The notes beneath the pieces were generated by a model. It was not told where the DNA came from and ran no database searches. It saw nothing but the letters and a program-made list of their open reading frames with translations. The position numbers were made by a program, and so were the translations under genes. Below, one piece after another: positions 16,401-17,186 of a stretch of DNA of 17,186 nucleotides. Within the stretch, counting starts at the first letter, position 1. The number at the start of each line of letters is the position of its first letter. Origin of the DNA: Candidatus Methylomirabilia bacterium (lineage in GTDB: Bacteria > Methylomirabilota > Methylomirabilia > Rokubacteriales > CSP1-6); the NCBI GenBank assembly GCA_041497895.1, contig JBGQHJ010000109.1, forward strand, positions 1-17,186, read 5' to 3'.

Positions 16401-16965
16401 GGGCCGCGAACGCCTTGAGCAGGGCGAGCTGGCGGTCGGAGAACGGTCGCAGCTCCATCCGGCGGATCAGGATCACCCCGATCGGGGCCCCGTCGCGGAG
16501 TAGCGGCTCGGCGAGCACGGTGCGCCGGCCCATGCGCCAGGCCATGCTGTCGGGGAACTCGTGGACGCCCGCGCCGTCGACGTCGCTGATGTGGATGGTC
16601 TGCCGATCGATCACCGCCCGGCCGGCCACCGAGCCGCGGGTCACCGGCCCCGTCCGGGCCGGTCCCAGTGGACCGTGGGACGCGGCCAGGTGGAAGGCGG
16701 CCCCGTCGAACCGGAAGATCTGGGCGTCGCTCGCGTCGCAGAGGCGCGCGGCGCTCTCCGCGACGGTTTGCATCACCGGTTCGAGGTCGCCGCCCGCCCG
16801 GCTGATCGCGCTCAGGATCTCGGCGGTGGCGGCCTGCTGCTCGAGCGCCTCGGCGAGACGGCGCTCCAGCTCGAGACGGGAGGGCGCCCGGCGCGCCCCG
16901 GATCGCGCAGCGGGGGGACGCGCGCTCTTCGGCTTCGTTTTCCCGGGGCCGGCCCGCCGAGCCAT
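13456..16965 (-). CDS. Cytoplasmic sensor histidine kinase with five tandem GAF domains
   Basis: Five units running from (E/T)QQxAT..IL (or EQLTAL) to AVIAIEN.RL (or SALAIQNARL). H-box FLANMSHELRTPLN, N-box NLLSNALKFT, DTGIGI and GTGLGL. No TM or receiver domain. SD AGGAAGGAG just upstream. Confidence 0.95.
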   Translation of the reverse strand: MARRAGPGKTKPKSARPPAARSGARRAPSRLELERRLAEALEQQAATAEILSAISRAGGDLEPVMQTVAESAARLCDASDAQIFRFDGAAFHLAASHGPLGPARTGPVTRGSVAGRAVIDRQTIHISDVDGAGVHEFPDSMAWRMGRRTVLAEPLLRDGAPIGVILIRRMELRPFSDRQLALLKAFAAQAVIAIENVRLYTELQARNQTLSQALEQQTATANILNVISASPTDLQPVLDAVVESAARFCGATDASLFRLDGDRLRGDAHHGPVHQPPDFQLPLARGSVGGRTVLERQTIHVADLQAETDEFPEASANARTFGFRTTLSVPLVREGTPIGVIQLRRAEMSPFTDKQITLLQTFADQAVIAIENVRLFTELQEKNRALTEAHGRVTEALEQQTATSEILNTIARAQTDAQPVFDTIIRSATSLCGAAFGTFYRFDGQLITLGAHHRLTEIELETSRRVFPRPAARDTAVGRAVVDARVVHIVDVREDPDYGVASVQDALGYRTVLAVPLLRDDRPIGILAMWRREVRAFSDNQVALLQTFADQAVIAIENTRLFTELETRNRELTDSLTQQTATAEILRVISSSPADLQPVLGTVVESAARYCGAHDAQIWQRDGDGLRLVAHHGPLASPMGRVIPIVPETMFGRCVLERRAIHVPDILAAATEFPRTADFARRLGFRTSLTVPMMREGAAIGTLQLRRGEVRPFTDKQVALLHTFADQAVIAIENVRLFKELEARTADLTRSVEQLTALGEVGRAVGSTLDLATVLTTIVSRAVELSGLDGGVVFEYDEAVEEFVHRAAAETGGALAAARRSLRIAKGEGAIGRTAVTREPVQVPDITAPGAYESRVRENLIASGIRAVLAMPMAHHDRLVGCITVTRNRPGEFPAETVDLLRAFAAQSALAIQNARLFSEIEDKSRLLEAASRHKSEFLANMSHELRTPLNAVIGFSEVLLQRMFGELSDKQEEYLKDIYASGQHLLSLINDILDLSKIEAGRMELALADFDLPGAVENVLILMRERAARRGITLARTVDEDLGTVLADERKVKQVLLNLLSNALKFTPEGGRIDVRAGPRDGVVEIAVTDTGIGIAPEDHEAVFEEFRQVGTASRSVEGTGLGLALSRKFVALHGGRIWVESTVGRGATFTFTLPLAGPPGASPVEEA
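14759..15885. repeat. Intragenic direct repeats at GAF C-termini (41-bp exact pair)
   Basis: CGGACGTTCTCGATCGCGATCACCGCCTGGTCCGCGAAGGT at 14759-14799 and 15845-15885, with a near copy around 15292-15327. Confidence 0.85.
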
Positions 16966-17013
16966 CGGCTGCTCCTTCCTGGCGGGCGTCAGACCGTCCC
17001 GCGGTTCGGCGAT

Positions 17014-17042
17014 AGGCTAGGGGAAGACGTGGATGGGGGCAA
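17014..17042 (-). promoter_or_regulatory. Putative promoter of the kinase: TTGCCC-17-TAGCCT
   Basis: -35 at 17037-17042 and -10 at 17014-17019. Confidence 0.45.
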
Positions 17043-17064
17043 GCGAATTGGCGGGGTGCCCGCA

Positions 17065-17073
17065 TGCTAGGAT
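17065..17073 (+). promoter_or_regulatory. Extended -10 TGcTAGGAT (leaderless)
   Basis: Lies 7 nt before GTG 17081. No SD. Confidence 0.5.
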
Positions 17074-17080
17074 GACCGCC

Positions 17081-17186
17081 GTGGAGACCTTCACCGCCGA
17101 GGAGCGCGCGTCGCTCGCCCCCTACTTCACCGAGCTCGACGGGCCCGTCTTCGCCCTGGTGAACCTGCCCGAGGTGGTCAAGGGCG
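17081..17186 (+). CDS. 5' fragment of a probable FAD-dependent thymidylate synthase (long ThyX-like form)
   Basis: Hand translation gives [35 protein letters not shown], which resembles the N-terminus I recall for long ThyX-like proteins. Only 35 codons are visible. In-frame ATG 17072 is an alternative start. Confidence 0.55.
   Translation, partial: METFTAEERASLAPYFTELDGPVFALVNLPEVVKG

Noticed and set aside
14759..16420. Periodic ~40-bp repeats as a CRISPR or DGR-like array
   Set aside because: Spacing is about 530-555 bp and in frame within GAF domains. No cas or reverse transcriptase gene is present.
13561..16503. 980-aa antisense ORF (also 3116-5125 and 10086-12149)
   Set aside because: Antisense shadows of GC3-biased genes with no recognisable motifs; expected at this GC content.
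13456..16965. GAFs as bilin-binding photoreceptors
   Set aside because: I could not see phytochrome DIP or cyanobacteriochrome CH motifs, and there are no PAS/PHY domains.

Overview
High-GC chromosomal window from a diderm bacterium. The tandem-GAF histidine kinase style suggests Ca. Rokubacteria/Methylomirabilota, but this is inference only. From left to right it holds: a partial alpha/beta hydrolase (-); an orphan zinc-finger anti-sigma factor (+); a complete tol-pal operon, tolQ-tolR-tolA-tolB-pal-cpoB (-), transcribed divergently from lgt plus a small orphan beta-class DNA methyltransferase (+); a minus-strand run of BamE-like lipoprotein, 4-oxalocrotonate tautomerase, luciferase-like monooxygenase, CgeB-type glycosyltransferase, a divergent threonine-synthase-like PLP enzyme and a secreted HtrA-like protease; a five-GAF histidine kinase coupled to a thioesterase (-); and the start of a probable ThyX-like gene (+). 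I saw no RNA genes, CRISPR arrays or mobile elements. The most notable non-coding signals are: (i) -10 boxes lying 6-9 nt before six start codons, pointing to pervasive leaderless transcription; (ii) a perfect 14-bp hairpin over the cpoB start; (iii) a mirror-image tolQ/lgt promoter pair with a GAAAA-N5-GAAAA repeat between them. The best candidate for an undescribed system is the coupled glycosyltransferase / atypical ThrC-like / protease unit. All calls come from motif recognition by eye; no database searches were run.
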